Source: the human T2T-CHM13v2.0 reference genome, Homo sapiens. Taken from it: 64,000 nt of DNA. Under the pieces are notes generated by a model. The model did no database searches. It was not told the origin of the DNA and was given only the letters and a program-made list of their open reading frames with translations. The translations under genes were made by a program, and so were the position numbers. This document shows, in pieces, positions 1 through 15,500 of the stretch. The stretch is taken from assembly GCF_009914755.1 (NCBI RefSeq), contig NC_060932.1. The stretch is one strand, 5' to 3'. How positions within the stretch are numbered: position 1 is the stretch's first letter; each line of letters begins with the position of its first letter.

Positions 1-1547
<1,547 letters not shown>

Positions 1548-2059
1548 TGTGTATTCTGTCTCCCTCACTAGTACATAACCTCGATGGGGACAGGGACTTT
1601 GACTTTTCTGTTCACAGCTATATCCTTAATGCCTAGATTCCATTAAAAAGATGAGATATTTAGGAAGTGCAATCTATAACCGGGAAATAGTTTTTTTTTT
1701 TTTTCCACTGCTCTGCGGCAGTGGCCTGAGTCTCCTTGATTTTAAGATGGCACAAAGAGGAATCTACAAAGGAGAAGGAAATGGAGATGGAGATGCTACC
1801 CAGCTGCAGAGAAGAATGGCAGGAGGGAACCAAGGGAGGCAGAGTCAGGTGTGAAAGGAGTAACCAAAACAAGGACTGAGAAGAGTTTTTACCTACTTGT
1901 CTTCAAGGAGACCCCAAGTAATCTTGGTAAAATCAAGTTTTAGTAGGTGTGGAACCCAAGACTGCAGAGACCTGCAGGAGCAGATTATAGATGGAAAGGT
2001 TTGTGGGTCCCCTCACTCAAGAAATGATTTTACTCACACATAAGTGTATTCAACTGTCA

Positions 2060-2440
2060 GCCTGTCCATCCATCCATCATTAATAAGATATCTACTCTGT
2101 GCCACACACTACACTAGAAGCTTGATAGGCAAAGATGAATAAACACTGCTCCTACCTGTGGAGAGCTCATATTCTAGGAACAGAGGCAGTCACTACACAG
2201 CCAACTCTACTACATTATGCTATTATGTATTATGTGTTAGTGGCAGAGGGAGAGAGTGGTGTGAGAAGGACCAACGCTGACTTGAAAGGGCTTTGTGCAT
2301 GACCCTCTTAACCACATCTGTAAAGTAGAATATTATAACCTACTGCAAGCAGCTGTTGTGAGGATGGAATGAATTAATATGTGTAAAAAGTGCTAGCTTA
2401 CTCCCTGATACCTAGGAAGTGTTGAATACATGTTTATATT
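2060..2440. mobile_element. L2 3' end (minus) followed by MIR fragment
   Basis: catccatcatt...ctactctgtgcca...gagctcatattctagg (L2 3' end); catctgtaaagtagaat...ttgtgaggatggaatga (MIR core). Confidence 0.6.
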
Positions 2441-2832
2441 TTAAATGCTATGGCATGCTAAATATGGATAAGATAATGAGGGAGCAGAGAGGGGCGGGGA
2501 ACAGGTTTTCCCCTTTTTGCTCTTAACTTCTTCCTAACCCTTTCCTGTTGTTTTCATCTTAGGCTTCTTGAAATTCTCAGTCATTCTACCTCTTTACTCT
2601 CCCTGAACAACAACTAATTTTACACACCGGAAGGTTTCCCAATGTGTGTCACCAGAGGGCTTCTCTGGTGACACACATCTAAGAAACAATCACTTCTTTC
2701 TTATTTCAAAGACAAAGGGATTTCTACCAAGACAATTCTGTCTGTGATTTTGCCAACAATCACACACCAACAGACTGGCTGGCATACCAGAGAGCTATAG
2801 TCTGAGAGTCTACATTCTGTGAGGCTCTAAGA

Positions 2833-3062
2833 CACTGGTTCTTGGGGAGTGGGGCAAAAAATAAAAAACCAAAAAATCTTAGCTGTTATAACTGTCTGTG
2901 GCCCTCCAAAGGGCCACAGTATATAACTGATATCAACTATGTCTATTAGCTGTATTAAAATTTCACGGGGGGGAGCGATGGGGGACTATGTCTAAAAAGG
3001 CTCTTGGGGAAAAGGAGGAAGGCTTTGGATCATAATGAGGAAAAAAAAGGTTGAGCAACACT
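2833..3062. mobile_element. Probable hAT-type MITE relic
   Basis: Ends cactggttctt...ggttgagcaacact resemble Charlie-family termini; internal 10-bp stem CTGTGGCCCT/AGGGCCACAG. Confidence 0.4.
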
Positions 3063-3279
3063 AACTGGGTCTGAGACTGAAAATATGAAGATTAATAGGA
3101 CTCACCCTCTATTCTACACAGATAGCTGAAATAATTTGCTCTGAGTCCTCAATTTCATTCTTGGAGTACAATTCCCTAGCATCCTCCTATCCTATGGGCC
3201 TTAGAAGTTTGGATGGATGGTGGGTAAGTAAGGTTGGGGGGCCTGACCTGCCTTCACTAGCCAAGCCATTGCCTACTTT

Positions 3280-3490
3280 TCCTCTGTTCACGGAGATCCT
3301 TGCCTTATTTTTCTTCAAAGCACTTACCATCCCTACCCATTTGTATATATGTTTGTTTCCCTATTTGTTGCTGTCTCCCCAGCCTGGTTGCCAGTTTGAG
3401 AGAGGGGTCAATATGCTCACTGCTATATTCCCAGAACACTGCCTAGCACAGAGAGGGTGCTCAAAAAATACTTGCAGAAGAAATGAAATA
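3280..3490 (+). mobile_element. L2 3' end
   Basis: tcactgctatattcccagaacactgcctagcacagagagggtgctcaaaaaatacttg...aatgaa. Confidence 0.7.
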
Positions 3491-3698
3491 CAGAATCATT
3501 TGTGTACAAAGTTCTTCTCTACAGGGCTATCTATAACTGATGGAAAGTTACGTGCCTATCAATAGGGCACTGGCTAAATAAATTACAGAGTTTCTAAACA
3601 ACAGCCAAAAAAAACGAGAAAGCTCTTTATGCTTCACTTTGAAAATATCTCCAAGATAAATATTTATGTGATAAAAGCAAGGTATAAAACATTACTTA

Positions 3699-4067
<369 letters not shown>

Positions 4068-4497
4068 TTATTTCTGAAATAATACACAGAAATCTGTTGA
4101 TACCAATTTCCTCCAGGGTTGGAAACTGGGCAAAGAAATAGGGTGGGAGAGGAGATTTTTGCATTTTAAAAAAATTGTAATATGTAATATGTTGTTTATT
4201 TAAAAAGTCAAAAATTTAAAACAAAATATGAAAAGACAGTGATTATAAATAACCCCTTTTCAACTCTTTGTTCCAAATTACGGTTTGCATCAATGCCTCA
4301 AATCCTTTGTGAAATGAAGCAGCAAATTAAAAAAAATACATTAATGTTATTAGTACCTTGATCTGAAAGGCTGTATTATAAAATAACAATTAAAGAATTA
4401 TGAAACTCTGTGGTTAGTACTGAATGTGCAGGTTGTTCCAAACAAAAAGTGCCTCAAATCATGTACTGACCACACACCAAACACAAACAGTAAATCC

Positions 4498-4629
4498 TTT
4501 TTTTTAAAAAGCAGATATGGGGTCTTCCCTTGTTGGTCAGGCTGGTTTCCAACTCCTGGCCTCATGTGATCTGCCCGCCTCTGCCTCCCAAAGTGCTGGG
4601 ATTACAGGCGTGAGCAACCATGCTCCGCC
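4498..4629 (-). mobile_element. Alu left monomer (FLAM-like)
   Basis: Poly-T then ...caggctggtttccaactcctggcctc...caaagtgctgggattacaggcgtgagc; single arm only. Confidence 0.8.
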
Positions 4630-5191
4630 ACACATAGTAACTTTTTAATGTCATCATTGTGGTTAGGCATGAGGGGAAGATAGAAAACCCCAAGAATTAA
4701 GAATTTCTCCGTGGTTATCTACACACATTCTTGAGGGCTGATAAGAAATCATGAACGCAAAACATGTTATTATGAATTCAGAATGTTCCCAGTGACTAGT
4801 CAATGAAAAGGCTACAGGAAAAATAAAATTTAAATTTACAAAGTCTTTCCAACTAACTTCCCAGGAAAACGTAGGTTAATTAAAAAAACCAGCAACGAAA
4901 ATTTTAAGTGACAAGTGAATAGTAATTACCTTTGTCATTATAAAGGCACAAAGAAAGGTTAAAGAGAAAGCAAACCAATCTCAAGAGGAGGAAATTTTAG
5001 GAAATATTCACTGGGGGGAGCAAAAAAAAAAAAATCCTTTCTTGGAGATCTCAAAGAACAGAAAACCTATTCTCTCAGTTATTTTAGGTGATTATTGTGC
5101 CACGAAGATGGAGTATATGACTTCACAGTCATGGGATTCTACAAATTTCCTGTGTTTTCACTTCTATAGTTCTTTCAGGAATCCTTTATAT

Positions 5192-5520
5192 TAGCAGTCC
5201 CCAACCTTTCTGGCACCAGAGGCTGGTTTTGTGGAAGACAGTTTTTCTACAGATGGCAGGGGTTGGGGGAGCTGTTTTCAGGATGAAACTCTTCCACCTC
5301 AGATCACCAGGCATTAGATTCTCATAAAGAGTGTTCAACCTAAGTCCCTCACATTCACAGTTCACAACAGGGTTTGCGCTGCTTTGAGAATCTAATGTCA
5401 CCGCTGATGTGACAGGAGGTGGAGCTCAGGAGGTAATGCTTGCTCACCCACCGCTCACCTCCTGCTATGCAGCAAGGTTCCTAACAAAGACAATGAGTCA
5501 GCAGGGGTTGGGGGCCCCTC
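5192..5520 (+). mobile_element. MER1B-like hAT-Charlie DNA transposon
   Basis: TIRs gtccccaacc / ggttgggggc; perfect 8-bp TSD CTTTATAT (5184-5191, 5521-5528). Confidence 0.9.
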
Positions 5521-5892
5521 CTTTATATGACCTGAGCAAGAGTTTTGCAAACTGATGTGTAACAGTCATCTCCAAGGCACTTACAATACAGCCGACATAA
5601 TACAATAACAGTATCAGTAAACTTCCTGTATGACCTTCATTATCTTCAATAAATTTTTAAAAAAGCTTTTCAAATCCATTATATAATTATTTCCCATTGA
5701 TTTTACTAAAATTCTATTGATTACTCTATCTCCATTTACTCAACTTCCAAATCATTTCCTTTCCTTTATTCATTAAGTTGAATTAACATAAGTTCTTTAC
5801 ATGATTCAAGTCTATAAGAAGTCGAAGGGTATGTTTTTTAAAGTGCATTTTTTTCATTTTATTAAGCAAACAACACATTTAAAATCATTTCA

Positions 5893-6179
5893 GGACGAGG
5901 AATGGTGGCTCATGCCTGTAATCCAAGCAATTGGGGGGGGCCAAGGTGTGGGAACTGCTTGAGCCCATGAGTTCAAGAACAGCCTGGGAAGTATAGCAAG
6001 ACTCCACCATCTCTTTAGGAAAAAAAAAAAAAAAAAAAAAAAGATGAGCTGGGCATGATGGCGCATGCCTGTAGTTTCAGCTACTCAGGAGGCTGAGGCA
6101 AGGACTGCAAGATTACAGTGAGCTATGATCCTGCCACTGCCTGAGTGATAGAGTGTGACCCTGTCTCTTAAAAAAAAAA
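5893..6179 (+). mobile_element. AluJ-like, with expanded A linker and right-arm deletion
   Basis: ttgagcccatgagttcaag (J-type), ~23-A linker, gaccctgtctct followed by an A tail. Confidence 0.85.
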
Positions 6180-6699
6180 TTCCAGAATGATATTTAGGTA
6201 TGGTAAATATTTTTGCTTTCTGCACAAATTGCTTCTAAATTTCTTTCCTCAAAGAAGAGGTATTCCCCCTGCTAGTACATACATCAAGCCTAACCAGAAA
6301 TTTGGAGTAAATCAAACAGAGGGAGGCCGAGGTCTACCTTTCATTATGCAAAAGGGGCTTAAGGAAGCAAGTGACTGTAATTAATATTAAACTGGACAAA
6401 AATAGCCGTTTATTCCTTACAATTGCTTCAACACTGCCAGCAGTATACAAATAGCCCGTTATCCTAGTCACTGGAGATGACTTCATAAACAGTTTTCCCT
6501 CTGTATATATAAACATACATCTTCTGCTCTGATTTTTAAAATGTCTTTATGCTTTACCACTAAAAGAAATGATCTCACTTATTGTTTACTGATTTATCAT
6601 CTTTCTTCACTAGAAGGTTTGCTTCTTAAGGGGAGGCCCTGTATCTATTTTGTTTACTAACTGATCAGATCCCAAAGAAGGAATCAAGAAGCAGTTGTA

Positions 6700-6998
<299 letters not shown>

Positions 6999-7787
6999 GT
7001 TGTAGGTCACACTGTACTATCATTTCTGGCTTGCCTGAATACTGCCCAACTCAGCTCCAAGCCCCTCTATGGGCCTGCAGGTGGAGTGCCCTTAAGGGAG
7101 GGCTCACCCCAACAAGCCACCCTGTCCTGCTGGAGCAGCCAACTGGCAGAAAGACAGTCAGTCAGCAGGGCCTCGTTTTTTCTTGCCTCTGACAGAAGAG
7201 CAGAGCACAGCTCTACAAATGGTACTTCCAGGACACCTACATGCACACAAGACTGTATTAATTAATGAGGACATAATTTGCTTGCTTTGTCATCTTGCAT
7301 TAATCTTGACATTCCCTCTCCACTGCCCATTGGTTCTCTCTCTCTCCATAACTGAAACAGTTTCTCTGAAAGTAAGGCTAATGCAAATCTGCTGACTTGC
7401 TCAACGCATTGGAAAATCCAATTAAAATAATGAGCCAGCTCCCAGTAGTTAAGTCTGCGATTCCCTGGTATAAACTGGGTATTCTGTCTAGTATATTAAC
7501 TCCTTCATGCCCTACAGAGTTATAATACCTTGAAGCTATTTAAAACTGGTGCCTCCTGAAGTGGCAGGTCAAAAAATAAAACTAAATAAAAATAAAACTG
7601 ATGCCTCGTCATTAGGCTGCTTTCCAAGGTACTGTGATACAGAGCAAAGAATCCCAGAGGCATGTGGCCACTCATCACTCCCGGCCTGCGTGAACTGGGA
7701 AAACCGTTTAACCTTGCTGGTGTCCCAGCACCTTCCTGAACTAGCCCATGCCAGTGTCAGTGGATCGAGACAGAACTGACACCAACG

Positions 7788-8105
<318 letters not shown>

Positions 8106-8282
8106 AGAACTGACACCAATGAAGCTCCACTTTATTCCAGGCCACAGAGGTGGCTCGTTTTACACACAGTCTCATTAGCTGCTCCTGGTAACCCTACAAG
8201 GTATTACTAAATAACTTGGCCAAACACACGCAGTTAGCTGAGACACAGTGGATGCAAATACAGGCAAAATGCCTGACACTAC

Positions 8283-8725
8283 TGTAGGGCAAGTGCCCTG
8301 ATAGCAGTAACTTAAGCACACCCTTAGAATGACCCTGTGGCAGATGCACCTGAATGTGTGTTCTGAGTTAGGGAATCCCAGGAGTAGTAATCACAGAAAT
8401 TAGTTCCTTGTCTATGAGAAACGTCCAAGTCCCCGGCCCGAACTGTGGAACACAGGCCATACAGAAGATTGAGGCCCTGAGTTTTGGGTTCCATGAAGGT
8501 TGCCAGATGGAAGTCATTAAGGGGAGTGTTAAGTGAAAATCCTATATAAGCTACGTGCTGTTCACTAGTGGGTGAAGTTTTCTTGTTCAGCCTGCTGCCA
8601 CTGGACTCTCTCCCCTGTATGTAAGCCCCTAATACACCCCATGTCTCATTTGCTGGCTCTGGGTCTTTTCTTCGGCCTCTTGAACCTGGTGCCTTCCCTA
8701 CTGAGGCTAGGGGTTTGGCACAACA
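8283..8725 (+). mobile_element. Solo LTR (ERVL class, LTR47-like)
   Basis: TG...CA termini, 5-bp TSD ACTAC (8278-8282, 8726-8730), TATA-like CCTATATAAG near 8541. Family name from memory. Confidence 0.8.
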
Positions 8726-8774
8726 ACTACATAATACCCCTTAATCAAATTTAACTAGGTTTATTTTCATAAGA

Positions 8775-8970
8775 TTTTTTTTTTTTTTTTTGAGACAGAG
8801 TCTTACTCTGTCATCCAGGCTGGAGTGCAGCCTTGCTCACTGCAACCTCTGCCTCCTGGGTTCAAGCGATTCTCCTGTTTCAGCCTCCTGAGTAGCTGGG
8901 ACTACAGGCACCTGCCACCACACCCAGCTGATTTTTGTATTTTTAGTAGAGACAGGGTTTCGTCATGTTG
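8775..8970 (-). mobile_element. 5'-truncated Alu (right arm plus linker)
   Basis: Poly-T, right arm and linker, then an abrupt end; TSD TCATAAGATT on both flanks shows truncation at insertion. Confidence 0.88.
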
Positions 8971-9249
8971 AATCATAAGATTCTTTACACTTGAAAAGCT
9001 CAGCAGTAGTGGTGAAAAAATGATAATGAGCTGGCATTTCAGGTACTTTTAAGGCTGGGATGGGGAGCTCCAAAATTTCCTTTTTATTGCACCACATTCT
9101 CTCCATCTCACAGTTCCTGCCTCCCTGCCTCGTCTGCAAGGCAGTCTCCATAAACTGTAAGATAATGCAGCCCATTATACTGTGTTCTAATCTAGGCAGA
9201 ACAGCATGAATTTTATTTAAATGACAGAGGGTACTGTATCTAACGTATA

Positions 9250-9970
9250 TTATCTAAAGATATTGCTCACAACACCTCTGTAAGATGGGTCTTAGTCTCA
9301 CTAGGTTAACGAGGAAACAGGCTTAGAGAGGTTAAGTAACTCGCCCAAGGTCAAACAGTGAGTAAAGCAGATGATCAGGTTATTAATTAAGGTTTTTACT
9401 GACTCCAAAGGCCACTCTCATTTCCTCTGTGCTCTGCTGTTACAGCGATCTTTTAAAGTGATTACCAGATTATATCACTCTCCTGCTTAAAACCCATCAT
9501 TGGCTTCCCACTGAACTACACTCATATCCAAGCTCCCAATTTAGCTCTGGCCCTGCCAACCTGTTTTGAGTCCCTCTACCCATTCTCACTGCACTACAAC
9601 TCCTTTTGGCTTCTCAACCCACAGAGATCTCTCCCACTTTGCACGTGCTTTACTCTGTCTGGAACACTCTTCCTCTGTCTCCATGTCACTTTCTCAGTGA
9701 GGCCTTGACCATTCTAAATAATAAATAAGTCCCTTCTCCCTAACCTCCTGTTACTCTGGACCAGTGGCAGAATAGGCTCACTTTCACAGAGTACTGCACT
9801 TTACAATTATCCGTGTGTTCCTTTACTGTCTAGAGCAAAGCTTCTTGGAGGCAGAGGCTATGACTGCTTTGCCCACCATTGAGCTACATCAAACTCCTAG
9901 AGCAAAGTGTTGACTTGTTCTATACACCAAATAAAAATGCTTACTGATTAAGTAAATGGATGAATGAATT
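9250..9970. mobile_element. MIR (minus) then L2 (plus) fragments
   Basis: gaggaaacaggcttagagaggttaagtaactcgcccaaggtc (MIR); tcactctcctgcttaaaacccatcattggcttccca...gaatgaat (L2). Confidence 0.7.
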
Positions 9971-11619
9971 CCTCTCCAAATCAGAAGGACTGCTCTGAAA
10001 CATCAAGTGTTATAGAACCTGAACCAGTTTTGGTCGTCCTGGAGTGCTCAGCACCAGAATGGGGGAAGGGGCAAGATTCAGGAGAGGGACAGAAGAGTTA
10101 GAACTGCTCCCAGGATATGGTTGGGAGTGACAAACCAAGGGTACCCCTCCCATCCTGCAGCTGTTAGGCTTTGTCTGGCAAGAAGAGAAGAAAGAATGAA
10201 GGTCAGGAGACCTGTTCTAGACTTGAACCTGTCTCCAACCAGCTGTGGATGTTTAGGCAGGTCACTTTTTGTTTCTGGCATCAATAAAGTGTGAGGTCTC
10301 TAAAAAGACCTCTAAGGTACCTTCCAGTTGTAACACTCTTACAGCTTAAAATGAGCTACTGAGATACAACTGAATAAAGCAGAAAAAATTCCACCTCAAA
10401 TGGGTGAGAACTATAGGGAGATGCTCAAACTGCCTCAGAGACAGGGCAGCCCTGGTCCCCAACTCAACAAAGTAACAAAAACAAACAAACAAACAGTTCT
10501 GTGGTAAAGCCGGAGAGTTAGAAAAGTCCATTCATAATTCTTATAACAATTCTCAATTTTTTAGTATAGTCCATCCACAATGTTCACTATGAAACTTCTG
10601 GCACAGTATAAACATAACTTTTTGAAAAAGTCTGAAATATTTCAACAAAGTGAGCATCTTAATTTGATCAGAGCAAGGCACCAACTATGACCTACCAGGG
10701 CCTTGGGCTACTGGCAGTTTTCCCCCACTTCTTGACTCTTAAATGACAGGGAAGGAGGAGAAGCAAAAGCATTACAAACTGAATTAATGGAGTAATGACA
10801 ACCAGTAACTAAATAATATATAATCATGAGATGTGTAGAGATTTCAAACTATTACATTTTGGACAGTGGTAAATGGAAACAATAGAAATATTCAAAACAG
10901 GAAGTTGGGTAAATAAATTATAGTGCAAATATAAGATGGGCATTCTATACAGTTTTTAGAATGTGCCTCTGGGTTCTGCAGACCCCTCTTCGGAGACTGC
11001 CAGGGGTAATGGGGGAGAGGATCCTTTCTCCAAACCCTGCACAAACAAGCCTTGATTTAAGAGGTTGTATGGCTTCCAACTAAGCAAAGGTTCTTAGGCT
11101 GCAGTATTTTACAAAACAGGAAAACATTTTCAAAATGTTATCGGTGGAAAACCACAGTATAAAATAGCACTGCAGTATGAACCCAATGTTAAAAAAATTA
11201 TATGACTTTAAAAATACGAGAAAAAAGATGTTTAAACAGCAAAAAGTTTAGAAAGACAGAGGGTGTACACACAAACACACATACACACACTCCATAACAG
11301 ATAAGATTACTGTTGATTTTTATTTTAGTCTTTTTCTCCCTACATTTTCTGAGTTTTCAACAATGAAGTGGTATTATTTTTGTACGTACAAAGTTATTAA
11401 AAAGAAACATGATGCAAAATCACAAGAGGGTGATATAATTAACCAGCAGCCTATTTCTCATTCAACTTGTTCTTTATTCAGTGATAAAGATGTAAATCAG
11501 ATGTCATGTATAAAAGTAAAAACAATTAATATAAAAGTGAATCTGGAGAGAAAAACAGTTGCAGCTTCTCCGTAACACTAGGAAATTCTGGATCTCTGTC
11601 CAGAGTGACAATCCTTCCT

Positions 11620-11794
11620 AGTGGTTCTCAAAAGTGTGGACCTCAAATCAGTAGTGTCAATATCACCTGGAAACTTGTTGGTTATGAAATCCCAGACCTA
11701 ATTAATCAGAAACTCCAAGAGTGGGTCCCAGCAACCTAAGTTTTAACAAGCTCTCAAGGTGAAATGGATGCAAGATCAAGTGTGAGAACCACTG
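11620..11794. mobile_element. MER5A DNA transposon
   Basis: TIRs agtggttctca / tgagaaccact; internal atcacctggaaacttgtt, aatcagaaactc, ttttaacaagctc. Confidence 0.85.
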
Positions 11795-14664
11795 CCTTAG
11801 ACTAAAGGCTGTCCAAGTGGAAGAAAAACCAAAGTTCCTTTAGAGAAGGAAAGACTTACAGCCAGAGAGCAGAAATCACTTGCCTATGGTCTAAGGCATA
11901 ATTACAATGAAGAACAGAGGTACTGCTCTGGAAGATCTGGGAAAGGCCCAAGGAAAAATGCAAAACAAATTACACCATGTGCTAAAGGCACTCGGGACTG
12001 ACAAGACTGAATTTACTCATAAAGTACATTTTACTGGAAATGCTAGAAAGAAAAATGGGTAGGTCTAAGAGTACCAGGGAATATGAGAATTCCTTAACTT
12101 AAAATAATGCAATTATATTTTATCTAATTCAATTTAGTAAATGGTGGGTTAGATTTAACATCATCTCCTACATCAAGTGAAAATGAAAGTACCATTTCCC
12201 TGTGCATTATCTGCAGCATCTGATTTCATTTGACGATAATTATATGGAAAGGGGAAGTAGCTAGGATTTATAAGACCAAGACAAAGGAGAAAGTAAAAGG
12301 AGGGGGTGTGCTATATGGCTAGGCCTTGGTTTGAGAAAGATATCCCTATCCTAAGGATTTCTTTGTTGTACTTAAAATGATAATCAGTTAGTTCATGATC
12401 AACTTTCAGACCTTTAATTTCATTTCCACGCATGGCATCTACAATTTGTTCTTTTTCCCTAGAATAAAACCACACTGTAACATCGGATCACATTTTCCTT
12501 GCTTTCACTCAACATCTTTATCACAGATTATGATAAATGTTTTGCAATATCTTTTACTCAGGACACACCTTCTTAACACAATTTAAAAAATTCAACAAAC
12601 ATATGCAAGCACACAGGGCTTACCACGTACTAGGGTGACACAGTAATGTCTCATAGTAGACATTATTGTCTTCATTTAACTGACAGGAGGTCAAAGCCAT
12701 CTCTGCTCCCTTTGCTTGGAAAGCCCTGCCCTGTCTGCTTGGTCTACATCTTCATGTTTTAAGACTTATTTCACTTAATCCTCATTAAATTTTTCAGAAG
12801 TCAAAGAATCCACCTAAATGGTAACTGTGATAGGCAGTTGTTTGATATATTTCAAAGCTTCCCTTGCAGAAAAGGAATCTTCTTAGATATTACATTTGTG
12901 ATGCCAGCTGCTGCCAGGAAACCCCACTTGTGGGAAACCAAAAGCACAATGTTTTAAAAGTCTGGTCCTATACCTTTGTCCATCTTTCCTTGTAAAATTA
13001 AGTAGTGCTTTAGGGTAAACTATTAAAATATTATGTATAAGCAATCTCTCACATAGAAAATGACAGTCTTAGCACAGATTCTGGAACAGAGTGGGCACTT
13101 GGTAACTGCTGGCAGAGATAAGAACACACTTCATAGGAAGTTTCTTTCTTACTACTAAAGTATAGACTTTCACCTCACCCTTTATCAAGTATATCAACCA
13201 TTGCTTAATATTATTTAATGTTTCTACTTATGAAAACAGTCTCTGCTAGCTTAAGAGAACAGCGTTTCATGAATATCTCTTGATAATTTACGGCTCAGAT
13301 AAAGGGTACCTCCTCTGTAAAGCCTTCTTAGATACTCTTGCTTTCTAGAGGAATGAATGAGTGAATGAATGAATCTGCCTCAGGTGACCTAGCTTGGGAG
13401 GTGGTGGAGCAGAGATAGAACTCAATTATATCCAACTTCAAAGTCAAGCTATTTCTGCCAATTTTCTGAATTTTCAGTTGCTTAACATATCTGTGGCAAT
13501 ATGTCAATGAAAAGATCCACTCATTTTTACTGAAAGATGTAGTCAGATACTAGTTCAAGACTGCATCAGCGGGCCATTTCTTCATGTTTAACCCTAAGGG
13601 GTTACCATACAGTATAATCTAAAATGAAAAGAAAAGGGGAAGTGGCAACCAGCTTAAAAACAATGAGAAATTACATACTGAAATATAAATTAGAAATAAA
13701 TTGTTGGAGGGCAGAAGTGAATTTGAATTAAAAAAAAAACACACACAACAACAAATGAAATGGATCACCTGGTCCAGCAAAACATCTAAATCAGCATTTT
13801 CTGAAGTGGTTCCATGAAAAGTCAATGTTTCTTATACAACAACAAAGTCCATGCTCAAATAAATTAGAAAGCACTGCATTGGACAAGTTTCTTTATACTC
13901 TTGCTCCCAGGCAAGAAGATGCCAGATGCACTGGACACAGTATGGCCACTGTGTACGGCTGTGCAGGGTGTACATGGCTCAAAGCACCCACCTGGCTTGT
14001 ACAAGGGAAGCCTGAAGTCCAGCCATGCTCCCCTCACTAACCCGTGTTTCCCGGTGCTGGCTAACATCAGCCCTGAAAAAAGCACCAGGCTGGGCTGTAG
14101 GACCTCCCAACAGTCCAGATCTGGAGTGGTGGCCTTGTCTGAGGGCCATGGTATGTGGAGGTGAGGAGAGACTCAGGCAACATTGTGCAGAGGAATCCAA
14201 AGTCAGCTCAAGACAGAACATTTAATCTGAATCGGCTAGGAAGAGTGGGAGATCCAGATAAAAGGTTATGCCTGGGATGGAAAATGGGAAATCAAGGAAT
14301 AGTGGAAGGGAATGTGGAGTGGAAAGAAGTGGAAGAAGTGAATGTGGGGCAGAGTTTGACAGAATTTTCTGTTAAGAAAGGAAAAGAGAAAAAGACTTGC
14401 ATTTGCTGTTTGCAATGTACTTCCAGATCTGGGCCTAAAGAAAGAGCTCTGGAGGCTTCTGGGACAAAGATCATGCAGACAGAAGGCTGTTAATTCTCTC
14501 CAATCAGTGTTTGCCTTATCTTTGTAACATCATTGTCTATGTTTTAATTGCTGTTTTTTAAATCAATACAACTTTTAACTTAAATTAATTTAAAAGTAAA
14601 TTTTACATTATGTCCAAAACAGGATGTCCATATCTTTTGCGAGGAGGTACAGCATACTCTAGAG

Positions 14665-14997
14665 CACGGGTCCCCAGTCCCCAGGCCACGAACCGGTACA
14701 GGTCTGTGGCTTGTTAGGAACCAGGCCACACAGCAGGAGTGAGTTGCGGGCTATTGAGCGAAGCTGAGTTCCGCCTCCTGTTAGATCAAGGGCAGCATCA
14801 GACTCTCATAGGAGACGGAACCCTACTGTGAACTGCATATGCAAGGGATCTAGGTTGCACGCTACTTATGAGAATCTAATGATAAATGTAATGTGCTCAA
14901 ATCATCCCGAAACCATCCTCCCGGCTACCCTCTTGTATGTGGAAAAACTGTCATCCACAAAACCGGTCCCTGGTGCCAAAAAGGTTGGGGACCGATG
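14665..14997 (-). mobile_element. MER1B-like, inserted in a MIR
   Basis: Reverse of the 5192 element; 8-bp TSD CTCTAGAG / CCCTAGAG; MIR resumes at 15006. Confidence 0.9.
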
Positions 14998-15140
14998 CCC
15001 TAGAGCAGACCACCTGGGTTTGAATGCTGAATCTGAGATCTACTTAATGCTCTGTGACTCAGTTTGTGAGCTCTTAAATAAGGGTAACTATGGTTACTAC
15101 CTGGTAGGGCTGCTGTGAGGAGTAAATGAGGCTACATACA

Positions 15141-15500
15141 GATGAGGCAGAGGATAATGCTCACCAAATACTCCCCTTTCCAGGTCTCCTGCAGCTCCTG
15201 CTCCCTCCCATTTCCAGGTCTCCTGCAGCTAGGTAGGTGGGGCCAAGATCACAGTTCAAACCAATGAACTACAACACCTAGGAAAGCTGTGAAAAGTATG
15301 CATACGCTTCTCTAGTCTCTCTCTTCCCCTGTAGAGAAGGGGGAGCTTCCATGCGTCTAAGTCTCTGAGTTGCTGTTGCTAAGCAGAACAGATCCCTTCA
15401 GTAGACATGTCACACGAGAAGAAAATAAACCATGTTAAGCCATGGAGATTTGGGGGTTCATGTATTACTGCAGTATATCCTAGCCTATCTTAACCAATAA
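15141..15500 (+). mobile_element. MLT1-type MaLR LTR within the same MIR
   Basis: 3' end aataaaccatgttaagccatggagatttggggg...actgcagtatatcctagcctatcttaaccaata is typical of MLT1; MIR 3' end (atgtaaagtactc...gtgcctggcata) follows. Confidence 0.7.
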
